Shown here: piece after piece, positions 39,999 to 50,621 of the stretch
Layout of the letters: each line of letters begins with the position of its first letter
How positions within the stretch are numbered: the stretch's first letter is position 1
Assembly (NCBI GenBank): GCA_963663805.2
Contig: CAXXMR010000003.1
Location: 201,769-265,768 of the forward strand
DNA from: Sedimentisphaerales bacterium
GTDB lineage: Bacteria > Planctomycetota > Phycisphaerae > Sedimentisphaerales > SM23-30
Direction of reading: 5' to 3'
DNA: 64,000 nucleotides
Notes under the pieces: model-generated
What the model was told of the DNA's origin: nothing
What the model saw: only the letters and a program-made list of their open reading frames with translations
Database searches by the model: none
Position numbers and translations under genes: made by a program

Positions 39999-40760
39999 TT
40001 ATATTTTTTCCACTTCAATATTATCAGCTTCTTCTTTACGAATAGAAAGATGATAGCCCTTGACTTTTACTTCAATGGGATCACCCAGCGGTGCCACACG
40101 TTCGACCTCAACCACAGAGCCCCTGCTGATGCCCATTTCAACCAGTCTTTTGGTTACCGAGGCTTTTTTTTTAATCTTCTTAACTATACATTTCTCGCCT
40201 TTGGAGATATCGTTCAAGGACGTAAGTTCAGTGGTTTCAGACATTTTGCTTTTTTCTTTCTCTAAGTTCTCTATTCCCGCACCAAGACAAATCTGGCACT
40301 GCTTTATATTGCACGAACCTCTCTTTTCAAAATAATCGTGGAACTTTTCAACCATGTCATTGCCGCAGCGGGGGCAGGCCTGAATGAATTCCGTAAAAGC
40401 AATTAAGCGTTTTATGAGCTTCTCCGGTATAACATGCTCTATCTTGCAGGCTCCGGTTTCGGCTACCTTGGCATCGGCACCAAGTATTTCTACAAAAAAG
40501 TCTCTCAGTATTTCATGCTTACGAATGATAGCCTTGGCCTGCTCCAGACCTTTGGAGGTCAGAGTAATTACCTCGTAAGGCTGATAATTGATATGCTCCG
40601 TCCTGGCAAGGGCCTGCAAAGCGGTTGTGACCGAACCTGCCTTGACCCCAAGGTATTTGGCAATATCTTTGGCGCGAACCCCGCCCTTCTCGGAAATGAT
40701 ATTAAATATCGCTTCCAGATAGTCTTCCAGACTCGCACTTAAATGTTCTGCCTGAGCCAT
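39999..40760 (-). CDS. DtxR/MntR-family metal-dependent repressor with C-terminal FeoA domain
   Basis: SLEDYLEAI, DIAKYLGVKAGSVT, ACKIEH; FeoA RLVEMGI..APLGDPIEV..LSIRKEEA. Confidence 0.9.
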   Translation of the reverse strand: MAQAEHLSASLEDYLEAIFNIISEKGGVRAKDIAKYLGVKAGSVTTALQALARTEHINYQPYEVITLTSKGLEQAKAIIRKHEILRDFFVEILGADAKVAETGACKIEHVIPEKLIKRLIAFTEFIQACPRCGNDMVEKFHDYFEKRGSCNIKQCQICLGAGIENLEKEKSKMSETTELTSLNDISKGEKCIVKKIKKKASVTKRLVEMGISRGSVVEVERVAPLGDPIEVKVKGYHLSIRKEEADNIEVEKI

Positions 40761-40790
40761 TATCAACCCTTTCTTTCCTAAGGCCCGAAC

Positions 40791-40820
40791 AATATAATAA
40801 GGCTGGCCTTATTTTGTCAA
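40791..40820 (-). promoter_or_regulatory. Promoter with perfect 8-2-8 operator upstream of the DtxR-FeoA gene
   Basis: AATAAGGC-TG-GCCTTATT at 40796-40813, between minus-strand TTGACA (40815-40820) and TATATT (40791-40796). Confidence 0.75.
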
Positions 40821-41116
40821 GAGCAATTTTATTTTTTCTATAATAATCAAATATCCCCCCCGCTCTTTTCCTGAAACGCGGTGAGTTACGATTTCAGATT
40901 TCGCAATTGCCCAATAACCTAACTAACTGTAAAATAAAGACTAAGAAAACACATTGTCATAAAAAGAGAAATTGGTGATTGTACTAAATCATGACAGAAT
41001 TAGTTGCTGACTATTAACCAGCATAGCCACGGCTCGTTTAATCGCTGAGAATCAGCTTGCAATCAAATGGGGCGGAAATTAACATCACGCTGCTGTATAA
41101 AAGAGGTGAAAGTGCC

Positions 41117-41325
41117 ATGCCCCTAAAAAAAAACCTGTTATATTTTAGCCTATTCGCCGCAACGGCCATTGCCCACGGTCCGCATGACGATCTTCATCAC
41201 TGGGAAAAAGCCAGTCCTGATCCTGACCGTATTTTTCTGTCCTTCTATGGTGATTCGACTACATCGCGCGCCGTGACCTGGCGCACAGACACCAGTGTTT
41301 CGGAAGCTGTCGCCCAGATCGCTCC
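41117..41325 (+). pseudogene. 5' fragment of a purple-acid-phosphatase-type (FN3) secreted protein
   Basis: SD AGAGGTG; signal peptide; PDRIFLSF.GD..TSRAVTWRTD..A.AQIA, after which similarity stops and no metallophosphatase domain follows. Confidence 0.6.
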
Positions 41326-41715
41326 CCGAAAGAAACCCCTGTCGAACGGGGAATGCTATTTTCGCTTTCCGTACCATTCTAATTTCGGAAATTCTAAAAC
41401 GCTTAACAGCCTTGTGTCTGATTCGGGAACCCGAAGGGTGTTAAAAAAAACGCGTCATGTATTTCGTAACTTACTGCTCTGTGAATAGTTATGACGGATA
41501 TTCTTTGTCACGTTTTTTCATTATTTGGCAATTTATACCAGCCAAGGTGTTAGTGCCGAAATTTTCATCAGACATTCCATTACGCTGAGTTTTTCGATCC
41601 AATTTAACAATCTTTTCGCCAGTAACCACCTGATTTTATCGCTAGTTAGCGTCCGATGATTTTATGCCTACTACGACCGCAGTTGACATTTTTTTTAAAA
41701 AAATTATAAAAAAAA

Positions 41716-41744
41716 TTGACAGTCTAGTGTCATCTTGTTATAAC
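41716..41744 (+). promoter_or_regulatory. gntR promoter with TGACA-N6-TGTCA palindrome
   Basis: TTGACA 41716-41721, 17 bp, TATAAC 41739-41744; palindrome 41717-41732. Confidence 0.55.
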
Positions 41745-41762
41745 AGGGTAACATTAGGATAG

Positions 41763-42560
41763 GTGTGCAAATTAAATGCGAGTAAAAGAAAAATGGCCAG
41801 TACATCATCATCGGCAACATATGGCGAACCAGTCCTTAAAGAAAAAGTTGCGGAAACCCTCCGAGGTATGATCCGTAGCGGCAAAATAAGAGGTGGGCAG
41901 CGAATTGAGCAGGCTGTGATTGCCAAAGAGATTAAGGTTTCCATAGCGAAAGTTCGTGAGGCTATAGGTGTAATAGAACGGCAGGGGTATGTAGATTGGG
42001 TATCTGGTATGGGAGCGTTTTGTAAGCGGTATACAGTTAGAGATCTGCGTGATTGCATGGAGGTTAGAAAGCCCCTTGAAGTTCTTGCTGTGGGTTTAGC
42101 TGCAGAAAACGCCACTTCTGAATTAGTGCGGAAACTTCAGCTTCTTAATGATCAAATGCACAAGTATCTTCGAGACGAGGGCGGTAATAGTTACACTCAA
42201 GAGTTTGAGCCCGAATTAATATCAACTCATATTTCTTTTCATCAGGCTATCGTTCAGGCTTCCGGAAATCAATATCTAATCGGTATCCTGAACGATAAAC
42301 ATATCATCGTTGATCTTTTGAACTTAATTGGTTTTTCCAAGTTATCAAGCCCAATTGTCAAAAAAATAAACGAGAAATTTATGCGGGATTCTGAAACAGA
42401 CAACAGGCAGTTTGAAGGATGTCGCTCTCGTCACGCAGCACTGATTGAAGCAATAGAGTCTGGCAAGACGGCTGCTGAAGGCGTAATGGCGTTACACCTG
42501 GATTATGATAAATGGTTTGATCAACTTGAGGAAATATATGGGGATGAGCCCTTGTATTGA
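41763..42560 (+). CDS. GntR-family regulator (FCD-type)
   Basis: LRGMIRSG..RGGQRI, VS..KVREA, R..LE, FHQAIVQASGN.YL. Confidence 0.88.
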   Translation: MCKLNASKRKMASTSSSATYGEPVLKEKVAETLRGMIRSGKIRGGQRIEQAVIAKEIKVSIAKVREAIGVIERQGYVDWVSGMGAFCKRYTVRDLRDCMEVRKPLEVLAVGLAAENATSELVRKLQLLNDQMHKYLRDEGGNSYTQEFEPELISTHISFHQAIVQASGNQYLIGILNDKHIIVDLLNLIGFSKLSSPIVKKINEKFMRDSETDNRQFEGCRSRHAALIEAIESGKTAAEGVMALHLDYDKWFDQLEEIYGDEPLY

Positions 42561-42678
42561 CCTGCAACCTATTTTGGCAGTTTACATGAATCACATTATG
42601 TGTTTTCGTATTTTGTGTTGTGGTTATTTATCCGTATTGTGTGGATAAGTTTAATGTTTTTGGATTGGAGGTTCGAGG

Positions 42679-43641
42679 ATGAAGATTGAAAGAGCGTGTG
42701 TGTTGGGTATTGTGTTGCTGGCAGGTTTTGTTTCTGTGGGTATTGCTGATGTGGTGACTGACGGGTTGTATCTTTATACTGATGCTCGCACTCCCGGTCC
42801 GATTCCTACGGAAAAATGGGCTCCGGTCAAAGATGGAGTCGGTAATGATATTGGTCCCTGGGGTCCGTTATATGGTATCGGTGCGGATGGTGCGTATATT
42901 CCGACGTATCAAACTGCTACTCGTACGACAAATAATGGTACCGCTTATGTTCCCCATTATGATTTTTCGTTTAGTTCCGGTGTGGGTGGTGGGGTTATAG
43001 ATTTTGCCAGTGCTTTCAAGCCTGATTATGACGAGGACTGGACGGCGGAAATATGGGTTTATGTGGATGCGACTTATGTGGGTGAAAGTCAGCCGTGTTT
43101 GTGGAGTAATCAATCTCTTTCGGCAAATGGTATGAGAGTAAATCTTGCTAACTGGGATAATAACGGCACAACTATGGTAGCGATGGAAGCCCGTGACAAC
43201 ACTAATCCTGATAAGGTTACCTGGAATAATACCGCCAATAACGGTGGTGCGGAATGGGCAACGGGGAAGTGGATGCAGGTTGTGGCGTCGTATGACGGAA
43301 CCACCGGCCAGCAACCGGTAATGGATCTTTATGTTAATGGTCAATTAGCACGTCACTATATTGATACGGAAGCTGTACCGGCTACCGCAAACTTTACCGC
43401 AATTGGCAGAAATTCTATCGGAGCTCGCGGCAGATATGATAATCCTGACGTCTCAGTGAATAGAAACTTTCTTGATGGCGGCATTTCTGTTTTTCGGCTT
43501 TATGAAAAGGCTCTTTCGGCAGCGGAAGTCGAACAGAATTATAACAGTGATGCATCCTGGATGATCGTTCCTGAGCCGGTCAGTTTGATTTTTGTTAGTT
43601 TGGGAGGTGCGTTGATAGCTAGAAGGAAGAGAAGTAAATAA
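42679..43641 (+). CDS. LamG-like jellyroll PEP-CTERM protein (cassette 5)
   Basis: WTAEIWV, WMQVVASYDG, LYVNG, FRLYEKALSAAEVEQNY; tail VPEPVSLIFVSLGGALIARRKRSK. Confidence 0.88.
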   Translation: MKIERACVLGIVLLAGFVSVGIADVVTDGLYLYTDARTPGPIPTEKWAPVKDGVGNDIGPWGPLYGIGADGAYIPTYQTATRTTNNGTAYVPHYDFSFSSGVGGGVIDFASAFKPDYDEDWTAEIWVYVDATYVGESQPCLWSNQSLSANGMRVNLANWDNNGTTMVAMEARDNTNPDKVTWNNTANNGGAEWATGKWMQVVASYDGTTGQQPVMDLYVNGQLARHYIDTEAVPATANFTAIGRNSIGARGRYDNPDVSVNRNFLDGGISVFRLYEKALSAAEVEQNYNSDASWMIVPEPVSLIFVSLGGALIARRKRSK

Positions 43642-43653
43642 ATGTGTTGTCAC

Positions 43654-43688
43654 AGTCTCCGCGGCTTTGGTGGCGGAGACTCTTTTGT
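43654..43688 (+). terminator. Stem-loop/terminator after the PEP-CTERM gene
   Basis: AGTCTCCGC / GCGGAGACT followed by CTTTTGT. Confidence 0.6.
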
Positions 43689-43712
43689 ATTACATAGCAT
43701 GGGAGTATTAAA

Positions 43713-46700
43713 ATGAGAAATTGGAATTGGTTGTTAATTTTGGTGTTAGCAAATTCAGTTGCTTTTGGTTCAGATTTATGGGTTACGCACTATCCTGATT
43801 CTGACAGTACTCAGATTTGGATAGATGCTGCTGATTTTGGTTCTAAAACGGCAGATTTTCAGGAAGATACTGCCGCGAGCGACACATTAAGCAGACATGC
43901 TTATTATTTTCCCAATTATGATGGTCCGTCAACATTTCAGCCGTGGTGGGCGGAATACACAATAGCAGCGGTCGATGTGCCGGGTGTTACGTTGGATGGC
44001 AAGACCTGGTATTTCTGGGCTCGGGCCTCTCAGCCGATTTCCGGAGCGGAAGAATCGGATGTGGTATTTGTCAAAGGTGATCCGGGTGATGGCACGGGTG
44101 GTAGTTGGTATGACGATGCTTTGGCAACGGTTGATGTCGCTACGGACAGGATATTGAATGATCTGGCGTCCGTCGGCGGGGTTGGTGCCTGGGTCTGGTG
44201 TAGTACGGAGACCGAGTCTGTTGTTTCAAAAGAGTTCAATCTGGACGAAAATAATGAGATTGTTTTCCGGATTTCAGAGCGAGAAAGCGGTTTGGCAAAT
44301 GCGCGTATCGATGCAATGATGTGGACAGATGATCCGAATTTTGTGCCTGCTGATTCTGATTACCTGGGCACCTCATTATATGGTATCAGGCAGGTATATG
44401 ATGGTCGTGACGCGGGGGAAATACCCCATATTTTTTGGACTGCACAAGACGGCTATGGTCAGGATGCCATTATAAATGGTGAAGGTCCTGGTAGTGACAA
44501 GCCGATTTACTACCCGGTAGAAGGCGGGGGCGGATACGATTTTAGCTATACTCTCGATGCTTTGGATCACAACAGTGACAGCGGTTCAATTGTCGATTTG
44601 GGCCAAGAGTTTTTGCCGGACTATGATGATGATTTCAGTGTTGAGGTATGGTTCCGGGCGGATGGTTGTCCGGCGGGGAATCAGCAGCAGGTGCTCTGGA
44701 GCACACAAAGCCTGGCGGGTAACGGTATGCGTTTGTATATCTATGACTGGAGTGGAGCCAGTGGTAAATTTGGGATAACTTTGGAGGCTCGTGATAATAC
44801 GGGCAGTAAAGTGCAGTGGGCCACATCTGATGAAAATGGGGGTGACAAATATGATTATGGCCAATGGATGCAGGTGGTGGCGGTTTACGATGCTGGTGCG
44901 GCGGGGTCGGGTATTCCGAATATGAAGATATATACCAACGGCGAGCTGAAGCGAGATGTGGATCATACCTCGGCAGTTCCGGCGGATACGGATTTTGTTG
45001 ATACCGTTCGGGGAGCGTCTTCGGTTCTGGGGGCGAGAGGTGTTCCTAATGACATTCGATTTGCCGCAAATAATGACCGCGAGTATTTCGATGGCGGTAT
45101 CGCTCTGGTGCAAATATTTGAAAAAGCCGCATCTTCTTCAGAAATATTAGCTTCTTATAATGAGAATAAGTTGTGGATTATTGATGAGGCTCCTTATGAT
45201 CCCGCGGTTGATTTGCCATTTGATGGTTCTAATGGAGTTGAAATACAGTCTGGTCTGATTTTTAAGCTTGACGCAAAAAGTGCCGGCGATCTGCCTCATT
45301 TGGCTTGTGTTAATGAGCAAACGGGGTCAACCGGTGGCGTGGAAAGTATGGGCCCTTCGGCGTCTTTGTATTTGCCAGAGTATTACGAAACTGTAAATGG
45401 TGCCGGCTATGAATTAGATTACACAACTGATTCCGGCGGTTATCTAGATCTTGGTAATGTTCTTCCCGATTACGACGAACCTTTTACTGTTGAAATGTGG
45501 GTAAGGCCTGACGGGATGACCTCGGATTGCATGCAACAGGCTCTTTTTAGTTCTCAGGGTTTGTCCGCTAATGGCGCGCGTTTGGCTATTGCTGACTGGG
45601 ACCTTGACGGCAAATATAGCATTGTATACGAGATGCGTGACAATGTCGGCTCTAAGGTCAACTGGAATGCCTGGGATGAGAACAAGGACGAGTATAATGT
45701 AAGTCAATTTTACGATGTTGGAGAATGGATTCAGATCGTGGCGGTGTATACCCCGGATGCTACCGGGTTAGGCTGGCCTAATATCAGGATATACACCAAC
45801 GGTGAGCTCAAACTGAATAAAGATTGTGTCAGTACTTTGCCAACCGATTATGATTTTGTTGAGTTTGGAGGGCAGGGGCAAATAGGATCGCGTGGCAAAC
45901 AAAGCGACACAAATACAAGTTCTACGAACAGACATTATTTCAATGGCGGCTTTGCCTTGATTCGCATGTATGAAAAAGTTCTAAGTGGTGCTGAGGTCCA
46001 GAGCAACTATGATTACAATAAAAATGAAATTATTGTTAATCTGCCTTATGATCCCTCCGTTGACCCGGTATATACTCCACCGGTAATATTGCCAAAGGTG
46101 AGTTTTTCGCTTGTGCAGGAATATGACGGCAGGTATCCGGGAGTTTTGAGTGATGTGAACTGGGACCCAACCGTCGAAAGCGTTACCGGTGATATTTATA
46201 GTATTGGTCCTCTACCTAGATGGCCTCAGCATAGCGTAGATGCTTATTACTTCAGCAACGCGGTTAATGACAGTGTTGAGGATCCCAATAGCTCCGGCGG
46301 CGGAATGGAATTGGGTGACGCATTTGTGCCCGATTACAACGATGATTTTACCGTTGAGATATGGGTTTCCCCTGATGAAATTCCAGCAGATAATCACCAA
46401 CAGGTACTTTGGGGTACTCAAGGGCTTTCTGGCAACGGCATGAGATTGTATGTATATGATTGGAGTGGAACTTGGGAAGATTGGTATGGCGTTGCTTTTG
46501 AGGCCAGGGATAACTCTGGTGAAAAGGCCAAATATACTGTTTCGGCGTCTTCTGTTACTCAGCAGCATTCCGAGGGCTGGAAGCAGTTTGTCATTGCTTA
46601 TGATGGAGCAACAAATAAAAAGCCTGTGATGAAAATGTTCGTCGATGGACAACCATTCTCGCTGGCAAGCTCGAACGTTAATGATCCATTGCCTTTGGAT

Positions 46701-47117
46701 TTGGATTTCAAAACGGTGAATGCCAGGCAAATGCTGGGTGTTCATGGCTTCCCGGAAGAGGCAGTCACTACAGCCAAGGATGTCAGGCAGTATTATCAAG
46801 GCGGTATGGCACTGGTAAGAGTTTATGACCGCAAGCTGGCTGATTCCGAAATTTTGGTGAACTACAACAATGATGCCGGTTGGGTGCAGTCGTTGGCCAC
46901 ATATAATTCCGCAGCGTTCGATTTGGGATTAGTCCCGGAAATCACTAAGGCGGATATTAATGGCAACCGATATATCGGCTTGGTTGATTATTCGATGCTT
47001 GCTTATGACTGGCTGGCTTCGCCGGTAGTAAATGAAAATGCGGACATCACAGGTGATGGTAATGTCAATGTTGCTGATTTGGAAAAGCTGGCTGAATATT
47101 GGCTGACTGAATTTTAA
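43713..47117 (+). CDS. Secreted protein with three LamG-like repeats and dockerin-like tail (cassette 5)
   Basis: Three PDY.D.F.VE.W..SQ.L..NG.RL units; DINGNRYIGLVDY..DWL and DITGDGNVNVADL..YWL. Confidence 0.88.
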   Translation: MRNWNWLLILVLANSVAFGSDLWVTHYPDSDSTQIWIDAADFGSKTADFQEDTAASDTLSRHAYYFPNYDGPSTFQPWWAEYTIAAVDVPGVTLDGKTWYFWARASQPISGAEESDVVFVKGDPGDGTGGSWYDDALATVDVATDRILNDLASVGGVGAWVWCSTETESVVSKEFNLDENNEIVFRISERESGLANARIDAMMWTDDPNFVPADSDYLGTSLYGIRQVYDGRDAGEIPHIFWTAQDGYGQDAIINGEGPGSDKPIYYPVEGGGGYDFSYTLDALDHNSDSGSIVDLGQEFLPDYDDDFSVEVWFRADGCPAGNQQQVLWSTQSLAGNGMRLYIYDWSGASGKFGITLEARDNTGSKVQWATSDENGGDKYDYGQWMQVVAVYDAGAAGSGIPNMKIYTNGELKRDVDHTSAVPADTDFVDTVRGASSVLGARGVPNDIRFAANNDREYFDGGIALVQIFEKAASSSEILASYNENKLWIIDEAPYDPAVDLPFDGSNGVEIQSGLIFKLDAKSAGDLPHLACVNEQTGSTGGVESMGPSASLYLPEYYETVNGAGYELDYTTDSGGYLDLGNVLPDYDEPFTVEMWVRPDGMTSDCMQQALFSSQGLSANGARLAIADWDLDGKYSIVYEMRDNVGSKVNWNAWDENKDEYNVSQFYDVGEWIQIVAVYTPDATGLGWPNIRIYTNGELKLNKDCVSTLPTDYDFVEFGGQGQIGSRGKQSDTNTSSTNRHYFNGGFALIRMYEKVLSGAEVQSNYDYNKNEIIVNLPYDPSVDPVYTPPVILPKVSFSLVQEYDGRYPGVLSDVNWDPTVESVTGDIYSIGPLPRWPQHSVDAYYFSNAVNDSVEDPNSSGGGMELGDAFVPDYNDDFTVEIWVSPDEIPADNHQQVLWGTQGLSGNGMRLYVYDWSGTWEDWYGVAFEARDNSGEKAKYTVSASSVTQQHSEGWKQFVIAYDGATNKKPVMKMFVDGQPFSLASSNVNDPLPLDLDFKTVNARQMLGVHGFPEEAVTTAKDVRQYYQGGMALVRVYDRKLADSEILVNYNNDAGWVQSLATYNSAAFDLGLVPEITKADINGNRYIGLVDYSMLAYDWLASPVVNENADITGDGNVNVADLEKLAEYWLTEF
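44832..45004 (+). repeat. 173-bp near-identical direct repeat, copy 1
   Basis: Matches 48530-48702 with one visible mismatch (GCA/GCG). Confidence 0.85.
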
Positions 47118-47195
47118 GGTTGAAATTAGTCGTGATTTACAGAGCGGTTCCTGCCCCTGTGATTGGGGCAGGAACCTAAGCTTCGGAGAACTGAA

Positions 47196-48008
47196 ATGAA
47201 AAGACAAAAAGGCTTTACTTTGGTGGAATTACTGGTGGTGGTGGCAATTATTGCACTATTAGTCAGTATATTGTTACCCGCTCTGGGGAAAGCCCGGGCA
47301 GCCGCCAAGCAAACTGTTTGTGCTAGTAACTGCAAGCAGTGGGCTATTGCTCTGCACGTTTTCGGCGTGGATCATGACGATAATTTTCCCCGCAGGGTTG
47401 AACCGGACAGCCCGCCATATATGTACGAATTGACCAATCCTTATCAATATGCTTACCAAAAGAATGGTGTGACATATTTTGATAATGTAAAGACGTTTAT
47501 TGAGCCTTACGTTGGCATGCCAAAGTTTGTGTTATGTCCTGATATGAAATGGAGCAACTATCGTGACCATGATTGGGATTGGCAATGGCAGCATTGGGGG
47601 GTTAAGGGTGGCGATTATAGTTTCTTTGTTACATATCCTGATATTCTTATCGAGAAATATCCCAATCATATAGTGGCCAATCATTTCAAGGTTGGCAAGA
47701 TTTCGGTCCTTAATCCGGAGATTTCGGTAATGGGCGATCATGTGCGGTATTTTGGTCCGGCCAGCACGAGCGGCAGTGGTTATGCCGGGTGGATGTACGC
47801 TCATCCGTGGAAATTTCAGACGGGTTTAGAGCAGGAGCCCAAGGGGATGAATGCGGCTAAAGTTGATGGAAGTGTTGAATGGGTGAGTACTGAGTATCTG
47901 GAGCCGTTTATTGTATATACTGGTGGTCAAGGTGACGTGATGTATTGGCCTAAAGTTGTGAAAACCAGTAGTGTTTTGCCGATTCCGAGTTTGGGGAGTG
48001 GCGGATGA
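47196..48008 (+). CDS. Prepilin-type/DUF1559-like protein (cassette 5)
   Basis: [46 protein letters not shown] before ATG 47196. Confidence 0.9.
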   Translation: MKRQKGFTLVELLVVVAIIALLVSILLPALGKARAAAKQTVCASNCKQWAIALHVFGVDHDDNFPRRVEPDSPPYMYELTNPYQYAYQKNGVTYFDNVKTFIEPYVGMPKFVLCPDMKWSNYRDHDWDWQWQHWGVKGGDYSFFVTYPDILIEKYPNHIVANHFKVGKISVLNPEISVMGDHVRYFGPASTSGSGYAGWMYAHPWKFQTGLEQEPKGMNAAKVDGSVEWVSTEYLEPFIVYTGGQGDVMYWPKVVKTSSVLPIPSLGSGG

Positions 48009-50611
48009 TTCACTTAAAAAAAGTTTTATTTGTTCTTTTATTTTTTTGTCTGGATGTGTTCGCATATGAAACGACTAATGGGTTAGTGCAAAAGTTTGAC
48101 GGGCGATATCCGGGCAGGTTTTTGGTCTCGGAGTGGTCCTCTAAAGTTCAGTCTCATGAAAGGGCCAGGCTTTTCGGTGTGGGGTTCAATGGTTCACAGC
48201 CTCAATATCATTGTCATACAAACGGCGGCGGATACGATTTTGGCTATACCCTTGATGCTTTAGATCATAATAATGACAGTGGTTCAATCATTGATTTAGG
48301 TAAAGATTTCCTGCCGGACTATGATGATGATTTTGCTATTGAGGTTTGGTTTCGGGCCGATGGTTGTCCGGCGGATAATCAGCAGCAGGTTCTCTGGGGT
48401 ACGCAGAGCCTGGGGGCAAACGGTATGCGTCTTTATATTTATGACTGGAACGGGGCCAGTGGAAAATTTGGAATAGGATTTGAGGCTCGCGATAATACAA
48501 ATGGCAAAGTCAAATGGTATATTGCTGACGAAAATGGGGGTGACAAATATGATTATGGCCAATGGATGCAGGTGGTGGCGGTTTACGATGCTGGTGCGGC
48601 GGGGTCGGGTATTCCGAATATGAAGATATATACCAACGGCGAGCTGAAGCGAGATGTGGATCATACCTCGGCGGTTCCGGCGGATACGGATTTTGTTGAT
48701 ACTACCAGAGGTGCCTCTGCCGTTTTGGGAGCACGAGGCATTCCGGAAGATGTTAGTTTTGTCGCTAAGGATAATCGTCAGTATTTTGACGGGGGGATCG
48801 CGTTAGTCAGGGTTTATAATAAGTGTTTGACTGCCAATGAAATTATTAATAATTTTAACTATGATTCTGGTTGGATAGTTTTCAGTCAACCATATATTTC
48901 AACAGACCCGGTTTATAATGCTCTGCCTCAATATTTCACAGATAAAATGAACTTGCCCGGCTATTCTTATCTGGCCGAATCCTGGCAATGTGTACCTGGT
49001 GATTATAAGTGGAATCCATACGTTGATTGCAATGCGGATTCGATAATAGATTTATGGGATTTGAACTGGCTTTGCAACAACTGGCTTAACGAAACTGAAG
49101 TTAATCGGACAGTATTGTATAATAATGACACAACACATATTTTGACATGTGTTAGTCCGTACCATTCGCAAGGCCGGGCTTTTGAACCGGCAATGATTGA
49201 TGCCTCTGTTGCGGAAACCGCTGGTACTGGTGTAACAGTACATGTTTTGTCGCCCGGATTAGGTTGGGTTCCCTGGTGGCAGAGTTCAGTGTTGCCTATG
49301 GGACAGCAATACAGTTGGTTCTATCAAACGTATGGAATATTACCAAACGAATCATTTTCCAATTATGTTTATTCTGGTGGCGATATTGTACAGGATTTTA
49401 TTGACAGCTGTCGGAATAACGGTTTATCGCCGTTTATATCGTATCGATTGAATGATACTCACCATCTGGAAACAGTTGATCCTGCCGCTGTGGTGCCTTC
49501 GAGCGTTAAAACTGCGTCTCAATTTTATCATGATTTTCCCGAATACAGACTTAGTCAAGATGTGACTGATTGGGACGAAAGGGTACAGAATTGGGCGATA
49601 GAAGCAGTTCGTGATTATAAATTTGACTTTATTTCGGAGTTATGTGAAAAGTATGATATAGATGGTTTGGAATTAGACTTTCTAAGACACTATCGCCATT
49701 TCCTAACTGATGGAAGTATTACTGTGGAGACCAAAAAAGCAATTATGACGAGTTTTGTTGCCGATGTACGGGCTGTACTTGACAAGACCGCAAGGCTTGG
49801 TAAATCCAGATATCTTTCCATAAGGGTTCCCTGTGACATTCCTGCCCTTGAAGGGATGGGGTTGGATTTATCTGCTTTGGTTGCGGTCGGTGTAGATATG
49901 ATTAATTTGTCAAATTATTATCACATGAAACAACAGAACGATGCGGAAACAATAAAGGCTTCTCTAGCTAACGTGAATGTTTATAATGAAATTGCTTATA
50001 CTTGTGGTTTAACTCCGATTACTGGTTCTGATGAGGTTATACATCGCTTAGCGACCCCTGAAATGATTAATACTGCGGCTCATCTAGCTTATTCTGCCGG
50101 ACTTGATGGGGTCAGCAGTTTTAATTTTCAATATTACCGTCTTACCGGTTATGAGCCGCCATTTGAGGTATTTAATCACATTTCCGATAAAAACTGGGTA
50201 GCGGCCCAGTCCGAACAGCATTATGTGATAGCCTGGACATACAGAGGGCCGGCTGGTGCGGTCCATCAATTGCCAACTACGATAAGTACTTTTCAAACCA
50301 AGACATTTACCCTCAAAATGATACCTCCCGCATCCGGTTGGTCTGGAGTAGGTAGGTTAAGGATAATGGCTCAGGATGATTTGGGAGCGAGTGTCTGGGA
50401 TGCCTCAATTAATGGTTGCGGCTTAATATCTACTACAGATGTTTCAGAGCCTTATTCCAGCCCATATACTACCGGGATTGGCCAAACTTCACAATACCGA
50501 GCGTGGCAGGTGCCTTTTAGCTGTCTGGTTAATGGAGAGAATTCCGTTTCGGTAACGAATTTAACTGCTAGCGAGGTCAAATTGATTTATATGGATATTG
50601 CAATTCAGTAG
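48005..50611 (+). CDS. LamG + dockerin-like + glycoside-hydrolase-like TIM-barrel fusion protein
   Basis: LamG unit, [16 protein letters not shown], then [26 protein letters not shown]. Confidence 0.75.
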   Translation: MIHLKKVLFVLLFFCLDVFAYETTNGLVQKFDGRYPGRFLVSEWSSKVQSHERARLFGVGFNGSQPQYHCHTNGGGYDFGYTLDALDHNNDSGSIIDLGKDFLPDYDDDFAIEVWFRADGCPADNQQQVLWGTQSLGANGMRLYIYDWNGASGKFGIGFEARDNTNGKVKWYIADENGGDKYDYGQWMQVVAVYDAGAAGSGIPNMKIYTNGELKRDVDHTSAVPADTDFVDTTRGASAVLGARGIPEDVSFVAKDNRQYFDGGIALVRVYNKCLTANEIINNFNYDSGWIVFSQPYISTDPVYNALPQYFTDKMNLPGYSYLAESWQCVPGDYKWNPYVDCNADSIIDLWDLNWLCNNWLNETEVNRTVLYNNDTTHILTCVSPYHSQGRAFEPAMIDASVAETAGTGVTVHVLSPGLGWVPWWQSSVLPMGQQYSWFYQTYGILPNESFSNYVYSGGDIVQDFIDSCRNNGLSPFISYRLNDTHHLETVDPAAVVPSSVKTASQFYHDFPEYRLSQDVTDWDERVQNWAIEAVRDYKFDFISELCEKYDIDGLELDFLRHYRHFLTDGSITVETKKAIMTSFVADVRAVLDKTARLGKSRYLSIRVPCDIPALEGMGLDLSALVAVGVDMINLSNYYHMKQQNDAETIKASLANVNVYNEIAYTCGLTPITGSDEVIHRLATPEMINTAAHLAYSAGLDGVSSFNFQYYRLTGYEPPFEVFNHISDKNWVAAQSEQHYVIAWTYRGPAGAVHQLPTTISTFQTKTFTLKMIPPASGWSGVGRLRIMAQDDLGASVWDASINGCGLISTTDVSEPYSSPYTTGIGQTSQYRAWQVPFSCLVNGENSVSVTNLTASEVKLIYMDIAIQ
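48530..48702 (+). repeat. 173-bp near-identical direct repeat, copy 2
   Basis: See 44832-45004. Confidence 0.85.
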
Positions 50612-50621
50612 GTATGTATTA

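Noticed and set aside
5056..48008. Type II secretion or type IV pilus operon
   Set aside because: Only solitary prepilin-like genes; no ATPase, secretin, platform or peptidase genes.
1..50611. Cellulosome interpretation of the dockerin-like tails
   Set aside because: No cohesin or scaffoldin in the window, and most carriers are not CAZymes.
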